The notes below the pieces were generated by a model that saw only the letters and a program-made list of their open reading frames with translations, was not told the origin of the DNA and searched no databases. From Candidatus Latescibacterota bacterium (GTDB lineage Bacteria > Latescibacterota > UBA2968 > UBA8231), in the NCBI GenBank assembly GCA_965217585.1, contig OZ244561.1:224001-288000 (forward strand): a stretch of DNA of 64,000 nucleotides. Reading direction: 5' to 3'. Of this stretch, positions 45,665 through 56,122 are shown piece after piece. The translations under genes and the position numbers were made by a program. Each line of letters opens with the position of its first letter. Within the stretch, counting starts at the first letter, position 1.

Positions 45665-46430
45665 CTCGCTGGTCTGCGTCGGGCTGGATACCGATCCCGC
45701 TCAACTGCCCGCCAGCGTCCGCGCCAAAGCCGATCCTGTCCTCTACTTCAATCAGCAGATCATCGACGCCACCTGCGACCTCATCTGCTGCTACAAGCCC
45801 AACTTCGCTTTCTACAGCGCCCTCGGCGCGGGCGGCTTTGCCACGCTCAAACGCACCCTCGACCACATCCCCGCGGACATCCCGGTGCTCATTGACGCCA
45901 AGGTCGGCGACATGGGCAACACCGCCGAGCAATACGCCCGCACCTTCTACGAGGTCCTCGGCTGCGACGCGCTGACGGTGACTCCCTATTTGGGCCACGA
46001 CTGCGTCGCGCCCTTCGCCGCGTTCAAAGACCGCACCACCTTTCTCGTCTGCCTGACCTCCAACCCAGGAGCCGACGATTTTCAGAAAAAGCATCTAGGC
46101 GACCGGCCGCTCTACGAGCAGGTCGTCGCCAAGGCACGCGCTTGGAACGCGGCCAACAACATCGGACTCGTCGTCGGGGCGACCCAACCCACGCACTTGG
46201 CCCGCGTCCGCCAACTGGCCCCCGACATGCCCTTGCTCCTCCCCGGAATCGGCGCTCAGGGCGGCGATATTGCAGCGGCGGTCAAAAACGGCTGCGACGC
46301 TCGCGGCGCGGGTATCCTCATCAATTCCTCGCGCGGCATCCTCTACGCCTCCCAAGGCAGCGATTTCGCGGCCGCGGCCCGGCAGGCAACCCTCACCCTG
46401 CGCGACGCCATCAACGCCCACCGCCCCTGA
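45615..46430 (+). CDS. pyrF: Orotidine-5'-phosphate decarboxylase
   Basis: VCVGLD, YKPNFAFY, DAKVGDMGNT, PGIGAQGG, INSSRGI. Confidence 0.96.
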   Translation: MSLSFTEKWKQATRRNNSLVCVGLDTDPAQLPASVRAKADPVLYFNQQIIDATCDLICCYKPNFAFYSALGAGGFATLKRTLDHIPADIPVLIDAKVGDMGNTAEQYARTFYEVLGCDALTVTPYLGHDCVAPFAAFKDRTTFLVCLTSNPGADDFQKKHLGDRPLYEQVVAKARAWNAANNIGLVVGATQPTHLARVRQLAPDMPLLLPGIGAQGGDIAAAVKNGCDARGAGILINSSRGILYASQGSDFAAAARQATLTLRDAINAHRP

Positions 46431-46478
46431 GCCGTTGTTGCCATCCTTCATGGCTATCTCTATTTTTTTCTAACGAGT

Positions 46479-46556
46479 CGGGGTGTGGCGCAGCCCGGTT
46501 AGCGCACCTGCTTTGGGAGCAGGATGTCGTCGGTTCGAATCCGACCACCCCGACCA
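46479..46556 (+). tRNA. tRNA-Pro (TGG)
   Basis: Acceptor stem CGGGGTG/CACCCCG, anticodon arm CCTGC-TTTGGGA-GCAGG, GTTCGAATC T-loop, encoded CCA. Confidence 0.97.
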
Positions 46557-46623
46557 CCACTCTCTATAGAAGCCCCTTCCCTCGCACAGCGAAATTCGCG
46601 GCCCTTCACGGCAAGGATGAATC

Positions 46624-47961
46624 ATGGCACGAGAAATCAAGGCTTTGCTCGACGAGGAAATCGCTGCGTACGCAGCGCGCAATCCCCGCTCGCTCGCAAT
46701 GTTTGCGCGGGCCAAGCAATCGCTGCCGGGCGGCAACACCCGCACCGGCGTCCACATTGACCCTTTTCCCCTATACGCCGACCGCGGCGAGGGGGCCTAT
46801 CTCTACGACATCGACGGCCATCGCCTGATCGACTTCGTCAACAACAACACGGCCCTACCCTTGGGCCACGCCCATCCCGCCATCGTCGCCGCCCTACAGG
46901 AACAAATCGTCCGTGGCACCGGGTTTTCGCGGCCCCTCGCCCTCGAAGTGGAGATGGCCGAACTGCTCCGCGCACGCATGCCCGTGCTGGAAAAAGTGCG
47001 CTTTTGCTCCTCGGGAACCGAGGCCGTGCTCAACGCCCTGCGCGTGGCGCGGGCGCATACCGGGCGCACCAAGATCGCCAAGTTCGAGGGGGCCTATCAC
47101 GGGATAGACGACAGCGCGCTGGTGAGTTATTTGCCACCGCTGGGGCCGGAACTGGGGCCGGCTAACAAGCCGCAGGGCGTGGCCTCGTCGGCCGGGCTGA
47201 TGGCCCACACCCTCGACGAGGTGGTCGTGCTGCCGTTCAACGACACAGCGGCCTGCGCCGAGATCATCGGCGACTACGCCCACGAGCTAGCAGCCGTAAT
47301 CGTAGATCCGCTTTCCACGGCCGCCGGGCTGGCGCTGCCAGAGGCCGGTTTTTTGTCGAGCCTGCGCGACGCGACCACCCGCGCCGGTGCCCTGCTGATC
47401 TTCGACGAAATCGTCAGCTTCCGCTTCGGCCCAGGTGGGACGCACACAGCCTACCAAGTGCGGCCCGATCTGGTCTGTTTGGGCAAGGTAATCGCCGGTG
47501 GGACGCCCGGCGCAGCTTTCGGCGGCCGTGCCGACGCCATGGCCCTATACGACCCAGCCGACGGACCGCCGATCCAACAGTCCGGGACCTTCAACGCTAA
47601 CCCCATCGCCCTAGCCGCTGGCTTGCAGACCCTCCAGGCGCTGACCCCCGAGGCTTACGAGCAGATGGAAGGGCTGGCGCAGCGGGCGGCTGAGGGGTTG
47701 CAGGCTGCGTTTGGCGAGGTCGGGACCGTCGTGCAGGTGGTCGTGGCCGGGTCCATATTTCGGCTGTATTTCCTCGAACAGCCGCCGCGCAATTTCCGCC
47801 AAGCAGCGCAAGACGACGCGCAGATGCACCGCTGGTTGTTCTTCGCCCTACTCAACAAGAGGCTGTACACGCGAACGGGCGGCAACGTGTCGCTGGCGAC
47901 CGAGACCCACCACATCGATGCGCTAGTGCAGGGAGTGCGCGAGGTGGTGCAAGTACTCTAA
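46624..47961 (+). CDS. Class III PLP aminotransferase, glutamate-1-semialdehyde aminomutase-like
   Basis: SGTEA, KFEGAYHG, LIFDEIVSFR, GKVIAGG, SGTFNANP. Confidence 0.88.
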   Translation: MAREIKALLDEEIAAYAARNPRSLAMFARAKQSLPGGNTRTGVHIDPFPLYADRGEGAYLYDIDGHRLIDFVNNNTALPLGHAHPAIVAALQEQIVRGTGFSRPLALEVEMAELLRARMPVLEKVRFCSSGTEAVLNALRVARAHTGRTKIAKFEGAYHGIDDSALVSYLPPLGPELGPANKPQGVASSAGLMAHTLDEVVVLPFNDTAACAEIIGDYAHELAAVIVDPLSTAAGLALPEAGFLSSLRDATTRAGALLIFDEIVSFRFGPGGTHTAYQVRPDLVCLGKVIAGGTPGAAFGGRADAMALYDPADGPPIQQSGTFNANPIALAAGLQTLQALTPEAYEQMEGLAQRAAEGLQAAFGEVGTVVQVVVAGSIFRLYFLEQPPRNFRQAAQDDAQMHRWLFFALLNKRLYTRTGGNVSLATETHHIDALVQGVREVVQVL

Positions 47962-47969
47962 CATCCCGC

Positions 47970-48326
47970 ATGACGGCTAGCGCATGGCGGCGCGCACTCC
48001 TTTGGAGCCTGTCCCTGAGCATGGTTTGCTGCGGCGGTTGGGACCGCCGGCCCCCGCAAGCAAAGCCGCCGGTCACGGCCACCGCGACAGCCCACTATGC
48101 CCACTACTGTGCTGACTGCCACGGACCCGCCATGGACGGGGGCATGGCTAGCAGCCTGATCGACGGCCGCTGGGATTTCGGCGCAAGCGACGCGGCCATC
48201 TTCGCGAGCATTGCCGTGGGGATTCCCGAGGACGGCATGCCCGGGTTTGGCGCAGTGATGGACGCAGCCCAAATCGACGCATTGGTGCGCCTGATGCGGG
48301 AGGCCGAGCGCACGCAATCCCATTAA
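47970..48326 (+). CDS. Small c-type cytochrome (cbb3-III/MoxG-like)
   Basis: CADCHG heme motif, GMPGFG axial Met. Confidence 0.8.
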   Translation: MTASAWRRALLWSLSLSMVCCGGWDRRPPQAKPPVTATATAHYAHYCADCHGPAMDGGMASSLIDGRWDFGASDAAIFASIAVGIPEDGMPGFGAVMDAAQIDALVRLMREAERTQSH

Positions 48327-48417
48327 CCCCTACCAGCTCCCCTGCCTTGCCGCCGCTGCGGATACAGGGCGCTGGCATTTATGGGATAGCTATCCACCAA
48401 AGGTTTTAAAAAAAGAC

Positions 48418-49545
48418 ATGCGATACAGCGTCTTCCTAGTTTGCATCCTCGCTGTTGCAGGGAATGCCGCGGCCCAACAGCTCGTCCAATCCGAGGAACA
48501 CACCTTTCGCATCGAGACCTTCGCCAGCGGCTTGGGCGTGCCGTGGGGCCTTGCTTTTCTGTCCGATGGACGCTTGTTGGTCACCGAGCGCGAGGGACGG
48601 CTGCGCATCGTCGGCACTGACGGCGCGGTCTCGCCGCCCCTCGACGGCGTGCCCAAGGTGCGCGCCAAGGGACAGGGTGGGCTGATGGACGTGGCCTTGC
48701 ACCCCCAGTACGCGGAGACCGGCTGGATTTACCTCAGTTACTCGGATCCGCTGCCCGGGCCGCTAGGTGGCATGTTGAGCTATACGGCCATCAGCCGCGG
48801 ACGACTGCAAGACGAAGAGTTGGTCGATGTGGAAGTGGTTTATCGCGTCCCGGATCAGTTCTACACTCGGCACTCCCATCACTACGGCTCGCGCATCGTC
48901 TTCGACCGCGAAGGCTACCTGTACTTGGCGATCGGCGACCGCGGCCAGCGGCCCCTCGCCCAGAACGTGAAGCTGCCCAACGGCAAAATCCACCGCTTGC
49001 ACGACGGCGGCGGCGTCCCCTCCGACAACCCTTTCGTCGGGCGCAACGGAGCCATTGCGTCGATTTGGTCCTACGGCCACCGCAACCCCCAAGGAATGGC
49101 CATGCACCCGGAGACCGACCAATTGTGGGCGGCCGAGCACGGCCCCAAGGGCGGCGACGAACTCAATCATGTGCGCCGCGGCCTAAACTACGGCTGGCCG
49201 GCCATCACCTATGGCCTAAACTACAACGGCACGCCCATTACCGACCAAACCCACGCTGAGGGCATGGAGCAGCCGCAGACCTATTGGGTGCCGTCAATAG
49301 CCGTCTGCGGCATTGACTTTTACACCGGGGAGCGCTTCGGCAACTGGCAAAACGACCTGCTGGTAACCTCGCTGCGCTTCAACCGCCTGCACCGGATGCG
49401 ATTGGCTGGCACAGAAGTGGTACACGAGGAGATCGTGTACCAAGGCCAGTCGCGGATGCGCGACGTGCAGACCGGGCCGGACGGCGCAATCTATCTCGCA
49501 GTGGAAGACCCAGGGCGGATTTTGCGGCTGGTGCCAATGGAGTAG
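48418..49545 (+). CDS. PQQ-dependent sugar dehydrogenase (GSDH/YliI family)
   Basis: PWGLAFL, GQGGLMDV, YGHRNPQG, EHGPKGGDELN. Confidence 0.93.
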   Translation: MRYSVFLVCILAVAGNAAAQQLVQSEEHTFRIETFASGLGVPWGLAFLSDGRLLVTEREGRLRIVGTDGAVSPPLDGVPKVRAKGQGGLMDVALHPQYAETGWIYLSYSDPLPGPLGGMLSYTAISRGRLQDEELVDVEVVYRVPDQFYTRHSHHYGSRIVFDREGYLYLAIGDRGQRPLAQNVKLPNGKIHRLHDGGGVPSDNPFVGRNGAIASIWSYGHRNPQGMAMHPETDQLWAAEHGPKGGDELNHVRRGLNYGWPAITYGLNYNGTPITDQTHAEGMEQPQTYWVPSIAVCGIDFYTGERFGNWQNDLLVTSLRFNRLHRMRLAGTEVVHEEIVYQGQSRMRDVQTGPDGAIYLAVEDPGRILRLVPME

Positions 49546-49619
49546 AGCGGTTAGATGCCGACAGTCCCCTTCGCAATGCATTACAGCCCTTTAGCATCCA
49601 TGGGCAAGGACAAAGATAG

Positions 49620-50348
49620 ATGAACCACATCCAAATTATCGAGCAAGTTTACAACGCACTCTCTGCGAAGATCACTCAAGGCGAAATCCCAATTTCTCTT
49701 CGGGCACCTGCCTTGGTCGGCACAGTCCAAGACGATCCATTTGACTGCTGGGTTGCGGATACAATCAGAGACGCACTTCCTGATATCGAAGTGTTCCACT
49801 CGGGGAAACTGACTACTCCGGATCTCGTGTTGAGATGCAAGACAACCAACTCACTACTCGGTCTCGAGGTCAAAAAGCTCATCCAAAAGGAGGCCGGCAA
49901 AGACCCACGAGGTCTTACCATCGACTACAATAGCTGTCTCCCCTGTGGGAAAGCCCTTGTGAAGGTCGGCGAGAACACTGTCGAAGTGCCTTGCTTTTAT
50001 TTTTTTGCACTTCTCAGTCCCAATAGTTCTTCGATGGTCACAACAATCCTGATGGACGGAGACTTCCTCAACTACGATTTTGATCTTCACAAGGATGCGA
50101 AGTATGCAAATCAAAGCGAGTATAACCATGGTCCATACGGAGAAGGCTCCGTCCGCCATCGCAAGATGTACACCTATCCGAATCCACTCAACTACAAGCT
50201 GAGCTTTTTTTATTTACGCCACCTTCTAATCGTGAAACAACACGACCTTCCATCTATTGCGATACGAAGAGTCTCCTGTACGGACTTGATTATCCGCGAT
50301 GACAAGTATAAGAACTCCTTGAGCACACGATCGGCCCCAAACTATTGA
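49620..50348 (+). CDS. Putative type II restriction endonuclease (PD-(D/E)xK), probably C-terminally truncated
   Basis: TPDLV...LEVKK motif, low GC, adjacent to a DNA methyltransferase. Confidence 0.6.
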   Translation: MNHIQIIEQVYNALSAKITQGEIPISLRAPALVGTVQDDPFDCWVADTIRDALPDIEVFHSGKLTTPDLVLRCKTTNSLLGLEVKKLIQKEAGKDPRGLTIDYNSCLPCGKALVKVGENTVEVPCFYFFALLSPNSSSMVTTILMDGDFLNYDFDLHKDAKYANQSEYNHGPYGEGSVRHRKMYTYPNPLNYKLSFFYLRHLLIVKQHDLPSIAIRRVSCTDLIIRDDKYKNSLSTRSAPNY

Positions 50349-52114
50349 ACTACTTCGAGACGCGTACAGAAGAAGGTAGTAGGGCAACCGTACTGTACTA
50401 CTTTCTCGTCAAGGTCGTGTCATGTCCACAATGCGGTGAACAGATCGACCTCTTTAAATCTCGCATTTTCTCAAAGAACGCCGTCCCGCGTAAAGACTCT
50501 AGTGCCCGTGCACTCTGCCCTAGTTGCGGTGCCGTTAACGCAACGCTCTACGATGCCGATTACGTAAAGTGCTCGGATTGTGACACGACGTACAACCCAC
50601 AACAAGGCAATATCAAAGGGGCGAAAGTCGAATGCGATAAATGCGGCCATACATTCCGGCTTGTTGAGCGGATGAAATCAATGCGTGGGCCTCTTGGCTA
50701 TCGCCGGTACGCCAAGATGATCCTCACCACGGATGGGCAAAAACGATACGCTTCTATAAATGCTTTCGATGATGCCCTTGCAAGGCACATAGAACAAGAG
50801 TTTACTTCCATCAGATCCTCCTTCCCTCAGATTGAAATCACGCCGGGTTACAATACAAACCAGATTTTGAAGCACAACTATCGCTTCTGGCACGAACTGT
50901 TTTCCGATAGGCAGCTCCTTTGCATCCACCACCTGCGGGAGGCCATTCGTCAGATTGACCACGCCGATCATAGACTCCTCTTTGCCTGTCTGTTCTCTGG
51001 AGTGCTTGAGTTCAACAATCTATTTGCATCTTTCAAGGGGGAGGGTACAGGGGCCGTGCGACACATGTTTTCACACCATGTCCTCAAGCCCGAAGTGATG
51101 CCAATCGAAGCAAATATCTGGGGGACGAGTAAGTCGTCTGGATCGTTTTCCACCTTGTTCCGCTCTCGCATCCTAAATGCGCTTGCCTACAAGGCTGATC
51201 CAACAGAGCTCTACGTGACACCTGGGAAGAGCAGTAAAGTTGGAGGAATTAATCGGCCTCTCGCCATTCCGGTGTCCAACGAGTTTGCCTTGTCCAAGAA
51301 TGGGAACGATGCGGTTTACCTCACTCAAGGCGATTCCAGTCGTACTAGTATTCCAGACCGCAGTGTGGACATCGTTGTAACCGATCCCCCATTCTTCGAT
51401 AATGTTCACTACTCCCAGCTCGCCGATTTTTTCTTTTACTGGCTGAACCAGCTTTTGGATTATTCCAAAGCCGAAACGACGAGACGGAAAGACGAAGTCC
51501 AAGATACTAGTTCTGTACTCTTCGCCAACAAACTGACAGCCGTGTTCACCGAATGCCACCGCGTTCTCAAGCATACCGGGCTTCTCGTGTTCTCCTATCA
51601 CCATGCTCGACACGAAGGGTGGACATGTGTCCACAGAGCTATCCGACATGCCGGATTCGTGTGCAAACAGGCTTATCCGATTAAGGCTGAGATGTCCGTT
51701 TCCACGCCTCTGAAACAGGCAAAGACGCCGATACATTTGGACTTGATACTCGTCTGTGGCAAGGAAGATAACGGGGCTGCCCATCACGTTGCCGACGTCG
51801 ACATTACTCATGTTCTCCGCAGTGCAGAGGACCAAATTCGCGCCCTCAAATCGGCTAATATATCCGTCTCACTCGGAGATGCGAAGGTGATTCTCATGGG
51901 ACGCTTCCTATGCGAAGCTCACCGTCTGTGGAACCGAGACAAGGAAGAGACATTTCTTTCCGATATTGAAAGACATATTGACGACTACGTAGCTGACGTG
52001 ATCAAAGTCCAAGGAGAGGTTCTATATACACAAGACCCCTCTGAACAACTGGTCCTTTTTGAAGAGATGGCCAAGTATTTGACCCATAGGGGAGAGTTCG
52101 GAGCAAGGCGGTAA
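50312..52114 (+). pseudogene. N-terminally truncated zinc-ribbon adenine DNA methyltransferase (DUF1156-like)
   Basis: CPQC/CPSC/CSDC/CDKC zinc ribbons and TDPPFFDNVHY (motif IV) present; no FxGxG SAM motif or proper start; the frame opens mid-domain after TAA at 50309. Confidence 0.7.
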
Positions 52115-52157
52115 ATCGCGGCCTTAAATGAGGTTGGAGGTAAGGAAAGCAACAAAT

Positions 52158-53147
52158 ATGGAAAAGCGAACGCTTGGCCGCACGGGACTTGAAGTCAGTG
52201 TGCTGGGAATGGGGGGACTATACGTCTCCAGTGCGGGTGCCCGTGGGCGTGATGAGGCGTGCCGCGCCGTCCACCGAGCACTTGAACTCGGTGTAAATTA
52301 TGTGGATACAGCGCCCAACTACCGCGACAGTGAAGAGGTTTTGGGCATCGCGCTCGCAGGTGTGACGCAGCCGTACTTCCTCGCGACGAAACTCGGCGGC
52401 CGGCCGCAGCCGTTTAATCCACAAGATAAAGATCTCTTGCGGCAGTCGGTCGATGAAAGCCTTCGGTTACTCAAACGCGATTACATCGATGTCCTGTTGG
52501 TACACGAGCCGGACCGTCCCGGTCAGTACGATTGGTGGACGGACTACGACCGTTTCCACGGACCCGTCTGTGAGCTGTTGGAAGAATTGAAGGCGGAGAA
52601 CATCATCCGCTTCACCGGACTCGGCGGCACCACCGCTTATCAGCTGCCGCTCATCATGGCAACGGGCAACTACGATGTAGTCTTGACAGCGTTCAACTAC
52701 AGCTTGCTCTGGCGGGAAGCGACCATCGCCATCTTCCCTGAAGCCAAGCGACAGAACATGGGCGTTATCATTGGCTCGCCGCTGCAACAGGGTGCCCTAT
52801 CGCAACGCTATCCCGAAATAGAGACAGGGGCACCGTGGCTGAGTCCGCCGCGACAGCAACAGTTTCAGCGGCTTTACGCTTTTCTGGATGAAATCGGACT
52901 GTCGCTGCCGGAGGCCGCGCTCCGCATGATGGTGGCAACCCCGCAAATCTCCACGGTCTTGATGGGAGCGCGGTCCGTGGAGGAGGTTGAACAGAATGTG
53001 CGCGCGGTTGAAGCGGGGCCGCTGCCGGCGGATGTCCTCGCCCAGCTTCAGGAGATTGCCGATATGGTGCCATTCCGGCCGTATGAAGAGCCGTTTGGCT
53101 TGCCGTTCGGCCGGCCATACAAGGGGCCTGGCCAAGCTGGCAGATAG
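52158..53147 (+). CDS. Aldo/keto reductase
   Basis: LGRTGLEVSVLGMG, VDTAPNY, ATK, SLRLLKRDYIDVLLVH. Confidence 0.93.
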   Translation: MEKRTLGRTGLEVSVLGMGGLYVSSAGARGRDEACRAVHRALELGVNYVDTAPNYRDSEEVLGIALAGVTQPYFLATKLGGRPQPFNPQDKDLLRQSVDESLRLLKRDYIDVLLVHEPDRPGQYDWWTDYDRFHGPVCELLEELKAENIIRFTGLGGTTAYQLPLIMATGNYDVVLTAFNYSLLWREATIAIFPEAKRQNMGVIIGSPLQQGALSQRYPEIETGAPWLSPPRQQQFQRLYAFLDEIGLSLPEAALRMMVATPQISTVLMGARSVEEVEQNVRAVEAGPLPADVLAQLQEIADMVPFRPYEEPFGLPFGRPYKGPGQAGR

Positions 53148-53149
53148 GT
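53121..53149 (+). repeat. 29-bp direct repeat, copy 1 (3' end of the AKR gene)
   Basis: AAGGGGCCTGGCCAAGCTGGCAGATAGGT; 27/29 identical to 54906-54934. Confidence 0.9.
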
Positions 53150-54586
53150 GAGACAGTGGCAGCCCCAGCACCCAGCACCCAATGGCGTAATCAGCACCCA
53201 ACATCCCACCATCACTCCGCCATCGAGCGACAGACCGTTGCCACCCCCATCGAATCCCACGGCCCACGGCCCACGGCCCAGAGGGTGCCAAGGCCACCGA
53301 CTGTCTCACTACTCATGGTAAACGCGCTTTCTGTCATTAGGTCTCGCATCGTCAGCGACTGTGGTCCGAACTGGTCCTCCGTCGCCTCGCCGCAGACCCA
53401 TTCCGATTGCGCCTTGAAGCGATCCGTCCACTTTGTGGCTAGGGTCATCCGCCACGCCGGGGAAATAGCGCTCTACGGGCAACAAGCCGGAACTGACGAC
53501 GATCGTGGGCACCCACCCGACGAATCCGGTGTCCGGGCCTCCCCCGTCGACGCTAATGCCGTTCGCGTCGGCATCGTCAATTTCCACCTGATAGCGGTAT
53601 ACTAACCGGTTCGTGTCGGAGCCGGACAGGTATTCTGCCACGCGGGAGTTAGGGCCGTCGGCAACATCGCCAACCCGAAGGACAATGTAAGAGTCGTCCT
53701 CGGGCACGTACACGTCCGTGTTGAACGTCAGGGCGATGTCAATGTTCTCGCCATAGCGGTAAGTGCGCCCGTCGACCGGTGTCGATATGATCTCGGTCTT
53801 GTAGGCGCGGTCCGGACTGGGACGTCCCTTGACCCGTATCCTGAGAGTCTTGTTAGGATCTCTTTCCCACTTGGTACCGCCAGTGCTCCGCCAGCCGAGA
53901 TAATTGTGGAGGGCCCATCCCTCTCTGGCCTCTGGATCTTCCTTGAAGCTGTAGGTCGTAGTGAATTGAGCGACGTTGTCGTTTGCGTAACCTGCACCGC
54001 AATTAAGAAGAAAGTAGTAATCCGCGTCCGGCTCTAAATAGGTGTTCTCAGGTGCCTGCCACTCATTGCGCCCAAAGTCGTCCAAGCGACTTCTGGTGAG
54101 ATCAGCGACCTTGGTGATAAGGTATCCGTCGCGGTGGTAGAGGCCAGCGTTTATCGTCGTGTACCGGCTCTCATTCGCATCTCGCACATGTAGAGAAATA
54201 TCCGTCAATTCATACCCGCCCTGCTTCGGGCCGGTTCTAAACTCCTGATACAGTCCGTCCTGACTCTCACACAGAGTTACGATTCTGTCTGATCCTGAAG
54301 ATTGCAGCATATTCGTCACGAGTGTGGTAATCGGCGGATTGTATTCAGCGCGTGCAGGCACGGCGACGGCAAGGGCAGTAGCCACGGCCAAAAACACCAC
54401 TCCAGTCCGGCGCCAGCCACCCTGGGGTTTGGCGGACACATGGTCTTGCCGTTGCCATAGTCGAACCCGGCGCCTGATATTCAACCCCCTGAGGCCGCGA
54501 CGGCTTGTCGCCCGCCGTTGTGAGTCCCCTGCCTCAGCATCTGCCACCACCCGCTTGTCAAGGTCGTCAATCAGCACAGTTATCAT
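53150..54586 (-). pseudogene. Decayed autotransporter-like surface protein, copy 1
   Basis: ORF 54586-53309 with extended signal peptide and beta-rich passenger ending SHKVDG, fused out of frame to a barrel-linker remnant (DRFKAQSEW...GGLGTLW) that is cut near 53150. Confidence 0.7.
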
Positions 54587-54646
54587 GACCGATCTCCTTC
54601 TCTTGCATTGCCAGCTAGGATGAAAAACTCCTCTCAGCCAATGCTT

Positions 54647-54664
54647 ATGCATAAACCGTGCCAA
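54647..54664 (-). promoter_or_regulatory. Sigma54 -24/-12 promoter, copy 1
   Basis: Minus strand TTGGCACGGTTTATGCA (GG-N10-GC) about 60 bp upstream of ATG 54586. Confidence 0.8.
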
Positions 54665-54905
54665 GCTTTTATAGAATGGGTTAAGTCCTTTGTATAAAGG
54701 ATGTTAGGAAGATTGACGCGGGAGAATGGGAGGTTGCCGAAATGATGCAGAATGAAACAATCTGCAAGACGCGGAATGAAAAAGAGAGGCGGCTAACTAT
54801 CTGAAATCGCGTTACTTATGGCGCGGTTGGCGGAATTTGCAGCGGCAACTGTTTAATATTGCAACAGTTGCAACAGTCGATTCGGAACTGAGAGGTTTTG
54901 GCCTA

Positions 54906-54934
54906 AAGGGACCTGGCCAAGCTGGCAGGTAGGT
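54906..54934 (+). repeat. 29-bp direct repeat, copy 2
   Basis: AAGGGACCTGGCCAAGCTGGCAGGTAGGT. Confidence 0.9.
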
Positions 54935-54947
54935 TGGATGGGATCTT

Positions 54948-55003
54948 CCGCAGGTCCCAATCCTGCGGACGGGGTCTTCGTCCCCACTGACGAAGACCCC
55001 GTC
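54948..55003. repeat. Two abutting hairpins downstream of autotransporter copy 2
   Basis: CCGCAGG-N7-CCTGCGG and a perfect 15-bp inverted repeat GACGGGGTCTTCGTC-N6-GACGAAGACCCCGTC. Confidence 0.75.
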
Positions 55004-55033
55004 GAGCACGAGCACATGCACGCATGTCGCCCT

Positions 55034-56044
55034 TCACTGCAGCGCCAAGCGCAGCATGACCTCGTGCTCCGGTGCCATGTTGCCAACCGTGCTCTCGCGC
55101 TGCGTCCCCTCAATGCCCAATTCCAGCCCTTCCCAGTGCAGCAACTCCAGCCGATAGCCCATGCGCACCTCGCGGAAGACCTCAGACTGCCCAACCCATA
55201 GGTAGGGCGTCCCCGTGGCCCGACCGCCGAACACCGCTAGCCCGTAGGCCGCCTCTGCGTCGAGGCGACCAACGGACGCAGCCGCGTCGTTCGCCGCCAC
55301 TCCCGCCAGCGTTTCGCGCCCCAGCAACGCCGCCACACCACCCGAGGACGCCATGCGGCCTGCGCCACGGTCCGCCGAATGCCAGTTCCCGTCCCCCCTG
55401 CTGTGAGACAGCGGAAGCCCCGAACATCCCCGTCGTCACTCCGCCATCGAGCGATAGACCGTTAGCACTCCCGCCAAAACCCGAATACCCCCCACGGCCC
55501 CAAAGGGTGCCAAGGCCACCGACTGTCTCACTACTCATGGTAAACGCGCTTCCTGTCACTAGATCGCGCATCGTCAGCAATTGTGGTCCGAACTGGACCT
55601 CCGTCACCTCACCGCGGCCCCATTCCGACTGCGCCTTGAAGCGATCCTGCGCGGCGACTTCACCTGCGCCGCTGAGATCATGGCCTGCAACAGTGGCCTG
55701 AATCCCTGATACAGCCCGTCCTGATGTGCGCTCAGAGACACGATTCTGCCTGAAGATTGGCCCGTATTCTGCACGAGCGTGGTAACGGGCGGGTCGTACT
55801 CTTGCGCAGGGGCAACTACGGCACCAACGAGCGCGGTGGCGGTGGCCAGCAGAATCGCTCCAGTCCGCCGAGCGACGCCTTGCGGTTTGGCCGACGCATG
55901 GCCGCGTTGTTGCCCGTGTCGAATCCATCGCTTGATATTCGGCATCCTGCGACCGAAACCGTTTGTCGTCCGCTGTTGTGCGGCCCCTACCTCAGCATTT
56001 GCCACCACCCGCTTATCAAGGTCGTCAATCAGCACAGTTATCAT
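55034..56044 (-). pseudogene. Decayed autotransporter-like surface protein, copy 2
   Basis: Same MITVLIDDLDKRVVA leader; passenger lost near 55700; barrel fragments LWGRGGYSGFGG...LSLDGGVTTGMFGA and LDAEAAYGL...TPYL...EHEVMLRL in other frames. Confidence 0.75.
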
Positions 56045-56104
56045 GACCGGTCTCCTTCTCTTCATTGCCAGCTAGGATGAAAAACGCCCTCTCAGCCAAT
56101 GCTT

Positions 56105-56122
56105 ATGCACAAACCGTGCCAA
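56105..56122 (-). promoter_or_regulatory. Sigma54 -24/-12 promoter, copy 2
   Basis: Minus strand TTGGCACGGTTTGTGCA upstream of ATG 56044. Confidence 0.8.

Noticed and set aside
46624-47961. Assigning hemL
   Set aside because: Family motifs are present but the sequence is divergent and there is no heme-pathway context; likely a paralogue.
46479-52114. tRNA-Pro as an integration site for a genomic island containing the RM cassette
   Set aside because: No integrase and no duplicated tRNA 3' end were seen, and the genes directly after the tRNA have host-like composition.
54587-54664. TTG start of ORF 53309-54664
   Set aside because: It lies within the sigma54 promoter; both copies share an RBS and ATG at 54586 and 56044.
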